A stretch of 64,000 nt of DNA. It comes from Macrostomum lignano (lineage: Eukaryota). The stretch spans positions 51,860 through 115,859 of the forward strand of contig NIVC01001109.1 in NCBI GenBank assembly GCA_002269645.1. The letters are read 5' to 3'. Of the stretch, positions 1 through 13,100 are shown piece after piece (the first letter of the stretch is position 1; the number at the start of each line of letters is the position of its first letter). The translations under genes and the position numbers were made by a program. Under the pieces are notes generated by a model. It made no database searches. It saw nothing but the letters and a program-made list of their open reading frames with translations, and was not told the origin of the DNA.

Positions 1-1004
1 TACCAAATTGACTAAATAAAACTTGTCGAAATAAAATACTGAATGATGCCTGTCCAATTTAATTCTGAGCTCTGCCTCAGTAGTTCCTTAGCTACTTTTA
101 GCCATAGACAATTGAGAGTGAATTAACTATAGGAACTGTCTGGAAATACACTGCTGTGGCTAAATTCGATGTTGGCTTAATAGAATAGAAATTGAAATCG
201 TGCCTAGTTTCGTTTGGGCCACGAACGATTGCATCGACGGAAATTGTGAACTAAGTACATTTTTGCGCGCCTTTTAGGCATCGAAACAGGAATACAACAG
301 ATTGCTTATCTGCGAATAGTCTATGGTCAAGCCGCCACCCATCTTTGGATATTCCCAACGGGTTATATTTTGATATACCCATTTGCAGATGAGCAATCTG
401 TATATTCCTGTATCAATTCGTTTGCGAGGATATTTTTTACACTCATCGTTACACGTAACACTCACATCGGCCGAATTGCATGGTTTGTTCCGCATGGGAT
501 CCTCGGGGCAAGCCTCTTCTTCGCTTGGCAGTGGTGGCAGAGCATCATCGTTACCGCATTCAATGAATCAGATGAACTCCATCAACTCTTCGTCATTCGC
601 CTCGTCGCGTTCACCCATACTCTAGTCGCTGAGAAAGTTGACCTCATTTCCATTCAAGCCGTCAATGCTTTCAATCGGCAAATTCGACCAATTTATCATT
701 CGTATGAGTGGAATGAATAGAGATTAGGGCAAACAGAAGAAATAGGAACATGCATCCTCTGCTGCAGAGTTCCAGCTTATAAGACCACAACTTCATTTAA
801 CATGTTTCGTCTATGGTAATTTCAGACTGCTACGCTTAACTTTTTGTTCCAGACGTTTAGTCTATGGCCATCATGTGGCTTGCGCCAAGTGGAAAATGCC
901 TATGACACAAATCCCTAGAATCACTTAGTGAACAATTCCCGTCTGGGAAGTTGTGTCCTAGCCGTTTTGAATTGGTTTTTGGACGAAAATAGACACAATT
1001 CCAC

Positions 1005-1108
1005 TATCGAGAGGTCACGCTTCACACACAACTGCCATAGCGTCGAGGACTACCAGCCTACCGGCTTCGACGCTATGGCAGTTGTGTGTGAAGCGTGACC
1101 TCTCGATA
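1005..1108. repeat. Perfect 42-bp inverted repeat with 20-nt loop (foldback/MITE-like hairpin)
   Basis: 1005-1046 TATCGAGAGGTCACGCTTCACACACAACTGCCATAGCGTCGA is the exact reverse complement of 1067-1108. The outermost TA dinucleotides could be a TA TSD. Confidence 0.9.
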
Positions 1109-2535
1109 ATCATACATTGTGTTCTAAAAGTAAGAATGGAATGACTTATTAAAGATGTCTAAGTTATATATCGGGTTTGTTAAAATAGACTAAGAATTGA
1201 AAGGTGAATAATTATAATTTGTCAGCACTATGACTATGAACTGTTAAAACAGATGAATCGTTAAGTAAAACGGACTGCTGTGGCAGAGAAATCTTAGCAA
1301 ATGGACTGCAAGTAAATAAAGCAAACTTAAAACGCAGTACTCAAAAAACTTGTTCGGACTGTTTTGCTCTCTGTTGGATTTGCTGCCTCCGTCTGTGGAC
1401 CAACTTTCAAATCGAATGAGACTTTCTCTGCAACACGCAATATATCACACAACTGAACTGAACAGACTTTGCTGACAACCAAACTCTGGTGATTCTGCGA
1501 TTCACCCCTAGCCTCAAGGCCTCAAGTAGTTACCGGGCCAAACGGTTAAGCTTAATGGCCGAATGGGACGTCAAGTTAGGATTGATTGACGCACACTTAA
1601 ACTCTAGCGCCATTTCACAAATATTTCTCAAACCATCAGCTTCGATACCTGACCAGTTCAAAGACGCTGCTGGTACATGTATGTGAATGGATAGCTGACC
1701 ATGACGCCAAGCTATTGCAAGCACTACAGCCCAAATATTGGAAAATAATTATGGTGCGTAGTTATAGGCCAAAAAATTATGGGCCAAATATTTTTAGCCA
1801 CGGCTGAGGGGGGGCATGGCCCCCTTGGCCACCCCCTTTGATCCGCCTCTGCTGGGAGGGCTCAGATCTGCTCAGAGATGTTAAAATCTATTATTACATA
1901 TCATACATGTACGGCTAATAAAAATGATAATTATGAGGATTCAGCAAAGAAAACAGCAAAAATTCCTTCAAAGCTGCAGAAAAGTTCCGGCTACGGTTCT
2001 GATAGACGATCCAAACCGCTGATTCAGCAAAAACTCAATTTTAGCCTCCACAAATTGTACTGTACATGAAACACAGCACTGACTGAAGAAAACATTTCAT
2101 TATTGACTAACAAAGTCGTTAATATGAGGCTGCTCTTCTTTAAAACGTTTTTAAAGTTACTCATTCATCCTACTGCTTCTTCTTCATTAAGTCTCAACGT
2201 TGTTAATTGTAAGTGCAAGCTGGAATTGACGCAAAATAACTAGCATCTCTATTTTGCAGTGTATTTTGGATAGTTATAGTCGTTAGTTGAAGAACAAACT
2301 AGATAGATGCAACTACAGAAAGGAAAAAGAGTAGAATGTACTCAAAAGAGATTCTTTCAAACTTAGTATAGAAAGGGTCATATTTCTGTTCTTGATTCTT
2401 GAAGTTGGTAATTGTTAATTCAACGTATATATAAGAATAACTCAGTTTAGTAAATATTTTTGCTCATAAGTTTGCTAATCGCTGACAATCAAGTCGTGAA
2501 ATCAGCCGCAGTTGAGACCCGACCGTCGATCCTGC

Positions 2536-3273
2536 TCAGGGCAGAGAAAACTTCACCCAGTCGGCGCTCGTCTCGATCTCCTCCTCCACCTGAGCGTCGG
2601 TGAACAGCAGAAGACGGCAGGTTCTCAGCTTGCTGTTGTACAGCACGTGTCTGCAGTTGCCAGCACGCATGCCGGCCGCAACGCAGTGCATTGAGTTCTT
2701 CACCTGCAGCAGGTCAGTGTGGCAGTACTCCGAGCTCTCATGGTAGATGCTGCGCTTGAACTCCGTCAGCTGCCAATTGGCATGAGTTGGTGGTGGCAGC
2801 GGGTCGACTGTCGGACTCGGAGTCCACTCGCACGCCAGTCCGAACTTCTCCGAGCACTTTCGGTTGGCGATTTTGCCAGAGACAAGAGTGACACAGTTTT
2901 CAACCGCACCGAAATTTGGATCATTATTGTTCCATATGGTATCGTTCAAAGGCAGGATGCCGTTTCCGTTAATGCGCTGCCAGCCCGACTTGCTGGAGCC
3001 TCTCTCATCGGCCAGGTCGGTCACTCCGAGCCACACAATGCAGAAACAGTCAAGAATCGGCATGCCACTTAGCAGCAGAATCGACTCGAACGAGTTGACG
3101 AGCTCACCTCCGATTGACGCGCACTTCTGATAAGCCGAGCACCAGGTGTGCTTCTTCGATGTGCTCACGAACAGGCATTTGTCACCTTCCAGGCTAAACG
3201 GATCAGGGCACGTCTGCGCCCAGACTGACACCAGCTGTTTGATGATTAAAAAAGTTAAAATTTGCGTCTTCAT
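2536..3273 (-). CDS. Secreted C-type lectin domain protein with C-terminal PAN/apple-like Cys module (245 aa, intronless)
   Basis: ATG start, signal-like N-terminus, CTLD hallmarks (CP..F...GDKC, W..A...C...GG.L, WLG, W.NNDPN...ENC, C....GLACE), then a Pro linker and a C...C....C....YN....C.L module. Confidence 0.85.
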   Translation of the reverse strand: MKTQILTFLIIKQLVSVWAQTCPDPFSLEGDKCLFVSTSKKHTWCSAYQKCASIGGELVNSFESILLLSGMPILDCFCIVWLGVTDLADERGSSKSGWQRINGNGILPLNDTIWNNNDPNFGAVENCVTLVSGKIANRKCSEKFGLACEWTPSPTVDPLPPPTHANWQLTEFKRSIYHESSEYCHTDLLQVKNSMHCVAAGMRAGNCRHVLYNSKLRTCRLLLFTDAQVEEEIETSADWVKFSLP

Positions 3274-4528
3274 GATTGTTTTGTTTGTTTATGCTCTGAT
3301 TATTTACTATCCCTTGGACGAAGTTTAACACTGTTGAATGGCTGTTGATAAACGATTACCTAGGGGTTGCGGCTGAATTTAAATAGGAATCTTCACGTCT
3401 GATCTGATTAGCTGACTTGTGAACACTTTTATGATTTGATCTACGAAGGCTAGCGACTCGCATTGGCTGCCTTCCGAAGCGCTCAGTAGCTAACATAGGA
3501 GCGCAAAAAAGGGGTTGCATTACTGCAGTATTCAACCACTAATAGACGGTGACAAATATTCTAGAAAGACAGACTTGTACTAAGGCCACAAAAGTTACAC
3601 AGAATGCCGAATCCAACAATTACCATGAAGCTGAATTAAGCATCGAACAGCTAATAATACATAGCTCAATAAGATACCAAGAGCAGTTACAAAACCTAAC
3701 CTACATCGACGATTTATGCAAAAAGGTTAGTCCGTTTCTATTGAAGGTCACAGAAGTTCAGTCATAAAACAGCATTTATTCGTATCATCAAACACTGGGT
3801 TTTTGATCCTCCACCTTTTCAGAACTAAAACAGCTCTCAATTCGACAAAGTTGCAATCAAAAAAGATTCTCAATAAAGACGCGTGATTTGGGATGTAAAA
3901 TTGTGGAATACTCATCTCCTACGGTGTGACGGGGAATCGATGTAGGTATAATGCACCACGTAAGTCTGAGGACTATAGTTATGGTTGAGCGAGCGTCAGA
4001 CAATAGGAAAGGTGGTACTGCTGCTGACTTACCGGAGATTACACTTCCTTGTGTCTATGCTGCTCGCCCTTGGCCCGAACAATATACATATAGTCATGTA
4101 ATCTTGCAGTATAAACGCTGCCCGCCTGAGGAACGTTTCCAAACGTTTCCAGGAAGTTCCAGAGTTACTTGTAGACGTAATCCTACGTGTATATGCTATG
4201 AAAAGTGAATTATCGATTAAAATTTTTTATGGGGAAATCTGCTTGTCAATAATCATAGTCTACATAAATTATTTGACCAATATCGATAAAATTTTCATAT
4301 TTTTCACTGTACCTCATGCCAAATTGCAAGTTGCCATCAGAATCAGTAGGGTTGAGCAGGGTAAACGTGATTTTGGGTAATTCAGATAGTTTAAAATTTG
4401 CCAAAAGTACATTTAAAAATAGAAAAGTATATACGCTTTGAGTACGGGATGTTTGCACTATAGTCGAATAATAGCAGTCTTATAGGCAAAGTCTCCATCG
4501 TTTTTCGTTGGTACTTTAAACCGTGGCC

Positions 4529-4630
4529 CTGCCCAGCCGCCAGAGGGCTGGGTTGTTCCAAGCGGTGGTCGACACCGTCCTGTTTTACAACGCCGAGACC
4601 CTTTGACGCTGACAAACTCGCTAGAACAGC
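4529..4630 (+). mobile_element. Short decayed fragment of RTE-clade non-LTR retrotransposon RT C-terminus
   Basis: Translates LPSRQRAGLFQAVVDTVLFYNAET/(frameshift)TLTNSLEQ, matching the RTE-type motif LF.A.V..VLLY..ETWTLT..LE. Confidence 0.65.
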
Positions 4631-4814
4631 ACCCTTGCCGAATGGGGTCTGGCCATAGACAATTTTGGGCGTGAGAAATCTGTGCTAAAAATTGATTTCT
4701 CTCTAAAGCATACTATATGTACCGGTAAATGCACTTGCGGTGGGACAACTGTACGTACGTTTCCTACAGGCCTCCGGCTCATTTCTTAGTATATTGAGTA
4801 GCGTCCCTGTACTT

Positions 4815-5100
4815 ACCATCCGCCTCATGGACACCGGACGAGAGACCATCCACCTCATGAACACCTGGACGAGAGACCATCCACCTCGTGGACTCCCGGA
4901 CGAGAGACCATCCACCTCATGAACACCCGGACGAGAGACCATCCACCTCATGAACACCCGGACGAGAGACCATCCACCTCATGAACACCCGGACGAGAGA
5001 TCATCCACCTCTGGATCCCCGGACGAAAGACCATCCACCTCATGGACCCCAGGAAAAGAGACCATCCACCTCTGGACCCCTGACGAGAAACCATGTCCAC
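4815..5100. repeat. 31-bp minisatellite (GGACGAGAGACCATCCACCTCATGAACACCC)
   Basis: About 9 diverging tandem copies. Period 31 is seen between 4921 and 4952. Confidence 0.9.
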
Positions 5101-6331
5101 CTCCTGGACTCTCTGGAGGGGGTTAGCTTGAATGAACGACGACGGCTCCCTGCTGTATCCGGGTGTCAAACAGCCTTTCTGCCTCATGACACATCTACAC
5201 GTATCATTTAAAATTCGATATTCTCTTTGTACATTTCTTAACGGACGCTTTTTCAAGTAGTAAGCTACGCGCATAAACACCAACTGTAGCTAAATCTTAA
5301 TTTTTCGAAATATTTTTTGAAAGGCTGCAACACATCAAATACGTGTCCGTAGCAATCCGATTCCCTAGAGTAACTGACTGTAGCTTAGCATTGCAACCCC
5401 TCAAGCACGCTTCATTCACGGCTCATTTAGCCCGCGAACTCTCGAGCTCTGCTGGGGCAAGGAAGACGTTTGAACGAACGAAGTCTTGGCACAAGTTTTA
5501 TCCTGTCCGGCTGCTAAAAAGGTACTATATAATTTATTCTTCCCAATAAGCTGCGAGTTGGCAAATGCACACACACACAGAGAGAGACGCAAGCATGGAA
5601 ATTATTAGAAAAAATACACTTGACCTAACCCTAGCCTAGCAACTGTATGCAGCCTTATACTGTTCTCAGCAGTTGGAGCTCTTTTAGTTCAAACAGTCTT
5701 TGACTGCAAGCTAAGGTGGAGTTAAGCGAATCTCGTTTGAGCTGGCTGAGCCAAGCTGCCAACTGCAATTAGAATCTGAATTAAGACAGCATTAACTAAC
5801 TAACCTAGCCCGAGATCAGAAGCCACTCCCAGTGTTAGGGTCGGGTTCTGAAAGTTCTCAGGCAGTTCTCTTTCTGGAACAGCTCTGGATGACATTCATT
5901 TAACAAAAATCAAAAGACTAATCCTGACTGGAAGGATTATGCAACAAGGAATGATGATCTTGACCTGGTACGAGTATTAGCTAAAGAAAGCTTCCGAGTC
6001 CGAGTCCGAGTACTAGCTGTAAGCTTCAATTTCTTTTGGAATAAAATGGACACTTTCAGCGTGAGAATGCGTGGCTGTCTTCTGATTTGATTTATCTGCA
6101 GATCCGGAAATGTGACTCAGTGCGTTTCGTAAAATCTGAACTGTCTCACCCACCGTTGAATCCAAAATAGCATTACTGTTCCAAGACACTTCACGGGACT
6201 GCTACTTCCTGTCTGACCCAACTCTTAAAAGCTACTTTAGATTGGATTTGCTTTCGATAACAGAGATAATAGTGAAGAAAGTGTTCTCTGAACCACTTTC
6301 CATTTAACAATGGTACTGCGGTCGCACGGCC

Positions 6332-6777
<446 letters not shown>

Positions 6778-7180
6778 CCTCAGCTGACCAATGGACTCAA
6801 GCGGCAGCACGGCACCCAATGAGCGGTGCCGCCCAGTCCGTCACTGCATTTGTGTCTTGCCGTGCAGTTGGTGACAAGAGGCCAAGTTTCTGACCAGCAT
6901 CGGAGCTCTTTTTTTTAGTCACCCGTATTTATTCACCTTCATCCCCGATTACGACTCGAGCTCTGCATAAGTGAGCGCCCGCTGAACAGAGAGAAACACG
7001 AAGGGAATACTCATCAAAGACAGGAAGATTTCCCCCATCAATCCCCTCCCTCAGCCCGTATATCAAGCGAGAGAAAAAACACAGCGGGAGGAGCAGCCAA
7101 GGTAAAAAAGTGCCCGTAAATACTTCCTGTTTAGCTTGAGCCGGATTGTCTCCGTAGCCGGCTAGAGCTGTATCACAATC

Positions 7181-10100
7181 ATGCATAATTGTCGAATAGT
7201 CAAGTTACCGTCACTACTGCTAATAATTTCACTTGGTTGCTATGCCGTTGCCATGGAAACTACAATGCAATCGACAGTGCCAGAATTCAGCACCGGTCGA
7301 GCTTATCGATCTAACACTTATTTGACTTATCGCGAGGGTGGCACAGCAGCTGGCTATCGCAGGTTGGTGGGGCTCGACATCAGGCCGACCACGCCTCAGC
7401 TGCCCACAGTTCGCGCCTACCTGGGCCTGCAGTTCGCTGCTGTTGGCAAGATGGAGCGCCGCACTCTGCATCGATTCGCCAGATCGGTGGCCGCTATGAA
7501 GTACAACTACTACGCCTCTGGTAGTACCTTCTATCGGGACAGGTTTCAGGCTGTTTGTCCGCAAAATTTTCCCAACGATTCCATGCAATTACAAGCTTCA
7601 ACAACGTCAGTATTCGCCGCTCACGTCAGTCGAATGCTGCCTTACCTGAAGCGGCAGGATGAGGAGTGCTTGTACCTGAATGTGTACAAACCGGTGCTGG
7701 GTGAGTCACTCTGAGATCTACCTGAATGTGTACAAACCGGTGCTAAGTGATGAGATATACCTGAATGTGTACAAATCGGTGCTAAGTGATGAGATCTACC
7801 TGAATGTGTACGAACCGGTGCTAAGTGATGAGATCTACCTGAATGTGTACAATCTGTAATAGTTTAAACAGGGCTCCTCCAGGACTCCAATTCCCAATCT
7901 ACGTTTGTCCAATTAATAAAGGCAAGTAAAGTGCGAAATTGTTTCACTTTTAATCCTGCACTTATTGCACCTGCATAGTTGAGGCAAGCATAGCGTGATC
8001 CGCGCAATCAATCAGATCACAGATCAGAACGGCGGCACGAACGGCGACAGATGAATTGTCGCCGACTAGATGCTGAGCCTTATTGGCGGCAAGTTTTCAA
8101 TGAACAGGACAAGAGCTAGAGCTGGCTCAATCATTATGACAGATTAAGAAACAATGCTTAATGAAGTGGGTCCGCCTCCATTGTCTGGAGTTATTAGGCA
8201 GAAGTCGTGCTTGTTCATTCGCTCACTCTCTCCCTCTCTCTCTCTGTCTCGCCTCCCTGTCTGTGCCAGTCGGCCAGAACTTTTCACATACGAGGGTTAT
8301 CACGTGATCTTTTTAATGCGGCCTGGGGCAAAGGGATCAATACCTTTATAGAGACAAAAGGGTGCCGCGTTTTATGGAAGATTCAGAATATACGTACTCG
8401 TATTTTGGATGGGAGTGAAGATTTTTTTAAAGTAAATTCATTTCCTATCCATAACCACTTGTCAAAACAATAGGGCATAAACTGTATGTATTGAAGATTA
8501 GTTGGTTGGTTGGTTGGTTGGTTGGTTGGTTGGTTGGTTGGTTGGTTGGTTGGTTGGTTGGTTGGTTGGTTGGTTGGTTGGTTGGTTGGTTGGTTGGTTG
8601 GTTGGTTGGTTGGTTGGTTGGTTGGTTGGTTGGTTGGTTGGTTGGTTGGTTGGTTGGTTGGTTGGTTGGTTGGTTGGTTGGTTGGTTGGTTGGTTGGTTG
8701 GTTGGTTGGTTGGTTGGTTGGTTGGTTGGTTGGTTGGTTGGTTGGTTGGTTGGTTGGTTGGTTGGTTGGTTGGTTGGTTGGTTGGTTGGTTGGTTGGTTG
8801 GTTGGTTGGTTGGTTGGTTGGTTGGTTGGTTGGTTGGTTGGTTGGTTGGTTGGTTGGTTGGTTGGTTGGTTGGTTGGTTGGTTGGTTGGTTGGTTGGTTG
8901 GTTGGTTGTTGGTTGGTTGGTTGGTTGGTTGGTTGGTTGGTTGGTTGGTTGGTTGGTTGGTTGGTTGGTTGGTTGGTTGGTTGGTTGGTTGGTTGGTTGG
9001 TTGGTTGGTTGGTTGGGTTGGTTGGTTGGTTGGTTGGTTGGTTGGTTGGTTGGTTGGTTGGTTGGTTGGTTGGTTGGTTGGTTGGTTGGTTGGTTGGTTG
9101 GTTGGTTGGTTGGTTGGTTGGTTTTAGGACTTTAGGAGTTTATGACTCAAGAAAGCAAGTGCCGGTCAGTCAGCTTTTAGAGATGTTTTCAACATAGAAA
9201 ACTTTTCAAAAGCGGTGTTTTTGCGCGTTTCACATTGAAAAGTCTGAATCTGTAACGTTTCTTTAATATTTTTCCCTATAAAGCGTTTAAGGCTTTGAAA
9301 AGGTGTTCCGGACGATTATGTCCTCTTTGTTGACGAGGAAATTCTTTACACGTAATCTTTTCTGAAGTCTACTCCCTAGCTACTCGGTTAAAGGTGCAGG
9401 AGTGATTCTCTTAACGCTACGCTTGTAAAATGAAAACATAATTATCAAAAGAATTATTGTCAAAGGCATAGATAGACAGAATCTAGATCAAATGAGACTG
9501 ACTTTTTACTTGGAAAAAGGACTAAAAAAGGAAAATTATAATTTGAGCACACGTTTTGTGACCGTCAAGAAGTAACGTTTCAGGACAGGGAATGACACAG
9601 GCACTGAGACAGACACTGTGACAGACACTGAGACAGACACTGAGACAGACACTGAGACAGACACTGAGACAGACACTGAGACAGACACTGAGACAGACAC
9701 TGAGACAGACACTGAGACAGACACTGAGACAGACACTGAGACAGACACTGAGACAGACACTGAGACAGACACTGAGACAGACACTGAGACAGACACTGAG
9801 ACAGACACTGAGACAGACACTGAGACAGACACTGAGACAGACACTGAGACAGACACTGAGACAGACACTGAGACAGACACTGAGACAGACACTGAGACAG
9901 ACACTGAGACAGACACTGAGACAGACACTGAGACAAACTATGAGAGACACTGAGACAGGCAGACAGACAGACAGACCTTTAACCCTTATCTACTGGTGCT
10001 CTCAATCAATATTTTTAGCGCATTCAAACTCAGTCGATGGTTTCGAAGTTCACCAGCGGCGAAGGACTAACCATCCGCAGCCGCTACTGCCCGTATTGGT

Positions 10101-13100
10101 GTTCGTACACGGCGACAGTTACCTGTGGGGCTCTGGCAACGCCTACGATCTCAGCATGCTCTGCGCCGTCAGCGGAGCTATCGGCATCACCCTCAATTAT
10201 CGACTTGGCAGTTTTGGTACGTGTTTAGTACAGGTAGTTTTAGAAGGAGGTGCTGCCAGGGGAACCAGGCATGAACACTCTCTTCGATCAGGCCTTCTCC
10301 TTTGAATAAAAGTACAACTATGTTTAAACCAAAGGTTTTCTATGGGCTGACGGACTGGAAGCGCCAGGAAATTTTGCTCTGATGGACTTGCGCGACGCGT
10401 TGCAATGGGTCAGGGCCAACATCAGGCAGTTCGGCGGCGACCCGGACAGGGTGACGCTGATGGGTCACGGATACGGGGCGGCGCTGGCGTCGCTTCTCAT
10501 GATCTCGCGATTCGCTCAGGGTGAGTAAATTGCCAATTAAGATGACAGATATTAATTTTATGGCCATTCAGCTGTGAATTCATGGCTCAAGAAAGTGTTG
10601 CTGAGATGCCATGGCTCATAGGGGGAGTTGCTGAGATGCCATGGCTGACAGGGGGAGATGCTGAGATGCCATGGCTGACAGGGGAGATGCTGAGATGCCA
10701 TGGCTCACAGGGGGAGATGCTGAGATGCCATGGCTCACATGGGGAGTTGCTGAGATGCCATGACTCACAGGGGGAGTTGCTGAGATGCCATGGCTCACAT
10801 GGGGAGTTGCTGAGATGCCATGGCTCACAGGGGGAGTTGCTGAGATGCCATGGCTCACAGGGGGAGTTGCTGAGATGCCATGGCTCACATGGGGAGTTGC
10901 TGAGATGCCATGGCTCATAGGGGGAGTTGCTGAGATGCCATGGCTCACAGGGGGAGTTGCTGAGATGCCATGGCTCATAGGGGAGTTGCTGAGATGCCAT
11001 GGCTCACAGGGGGAGTTGCTGAGATGCCATGGCTCACATGGGGAGTTGCTGAGATGCCATGGCTCACAGGGGGAGTTGCTGAGATGCCATGGCTCACATG
11101 GGGAGTTGCTGAGATGCCATGGCTCATAGGGGGAGTTGCTGAGATGCCATGGCTCACAGGGGGAGTTGCTGAGATGCCATGGCTCACAGGGGGAGTTGCT
11201 GAGATGCCATGGCTCACAGGGGGAGTTGCTGAGATGCCATGGCTCACATGGGGAGTTGCTGAGATGCCATGGCTCACAGGGGAGATGCTGAGATCCCATG
11301 GCTCACAGGGGAAGATGCTGAGATGCTAAGATTGTTGATTTTTCAGGAAGTTTGAAAAATCGAATAGATTTCCCTTCCAATAATTATTTTGCTGCAATAT
11401 GCGCATCAGCTACTCATTCAGTAAGTAGTTTATGACCCACGCAGTGAGTGGCGAGTTCTGTTGATAACGATAACTAATTATATTTCGAATGTTATTGGAA
11501 CCTCGTAGCTTGGAGTGAACTATAATTAGAAGCCGATTTTGAGAACAGGTAGTTCAAACTCGAATTCAGAACCGATAGAGTTTAAAATCAAAAGGAATTT
11601 AACGGTTGAGTGAATTAGTAATAGCGGTAGCTAAAGACTTCTTTAATATTGGATTTTTCTTCCTTTCTATCTGATTACTAATTGGTCTCAGTATTGTTAA
11701 TTATACAAAAAGACGTGTTGTTCAACTATTCAATAATAGTCCGGTATTTTCATAGGTTTTTTAATGTACATGTATCAAAGTGTGTAGTTTAAAAATGATT
11801 TTAGAAAATCAGGGTTATAAAATGATCATGCAAAAATAACGTTACCCATGCGAATGCGTTGGTATTTATAGGATCTTTCAGGTACAGAAAGCTTAGCGGT
11901 TAGGTTGTCTGACAGGTTTACCTGGCTTTGGGGGAGTTGCTGAGATGCTGAGATGCTGAGATTCTGAGATGCTGAGATGCTGAGATGCTGAGACGAGGAG
12001 ATGCTGAGATGCTGAGATGCTGAGATGCTGAGATGCTGAGATGCTGAGATGCTGAGATGCTGAGATGCTGAGATGCTGAGATGCTGAGATGCTGAGATGC
12101 TGAGATGCTGAGATGCTGAGATACTGAGATGCTGAGATGCTGAGATGCTGAGATGCTTAGATGCTGAGATACTGAGATGCTGAGATGCGAGATGCTAAGA
12201 TGCTGCGACGATAAGATGCTGAGATGCTGAGACGATGAGATTCTGAGATTCTGAGATGCTTAGATGCTGAGACGAGGAGATTCCATGGCTCATAGGGAAA
12301 GATGTTGAGATGCCTGCCTGCTGAGATGCTGAGATGCTGAGATGGTTAGGTGCTGAGATGCTGAGATGCTGAGATGGTTAGGTGCTGAGATGCTGAGATG
12401 CTGAAGTGCTGAGATGCTGAGATGCTGAGACGAGGAGATGCTGAGATGCTGAGATGCTGAGATGCTGAGATGCTGAGATGCTGAGATGCTGAGATGCTGA
12501 GATGCTGAGATACTGAGATGCTGAGATGCTGAGATGCTGAGATGCTGAGATGCTGAGATGCTGAGATGCTTAGATGCTTAGATGCTGAGACGAGGAGATT
12601 CCATGGCTCACAGGGGAAGATGCTGAGATTCCATGGCTCACAGGGGAAGATGTTGAGATTCCATGGCTCACAGGGAAAGATGTTGAGATGCCTGCCTGCT
12701 GAGATGCTGAGATGCTGAGATGGTTAGGTGCTGAGATGCTGAGATGCTGAAGTGCTGAGATGCTGAGATGCTGAGACGAGGAGATGCTGAGATGCTGAGA
12801 TGCTGAGATGCTGAGATGCTGAGATGCTGAGATGCTGAGATGCTGAGATGCTGAGATGCTGAGATGCTGAGATGCTGAGATGCTTAGATGCTGAGACGAG
12901 GAGATTCCATGGCTCACAGGGGAAGATGCTGAGATTCCATGGCTCACAGGGGAAGATGTTGAGATTCCATGGCTCACAGGGAAAGATGTTGAGATGCCTG
13001 CCTGCTGAGATGCTGAGATGCTGAGATGGTTAGGTGCTGAGATGCTGAGATGCTGAGATGCTGAGACGAGGAGATGCTGAGATGCTGAGATGCTGAGATG

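Noticed and set aside
274-720. Overlapping short ORFs at the window start
   Set aside because: No recognisable domain or consistent splice chain. A CHHCQ word in one minus frame is surrounded by stops.
3925-4210. Possible solo LTR starting TGTGACGGGG
   Set aside because: No matching CA terminus, TSD or second copy was found.
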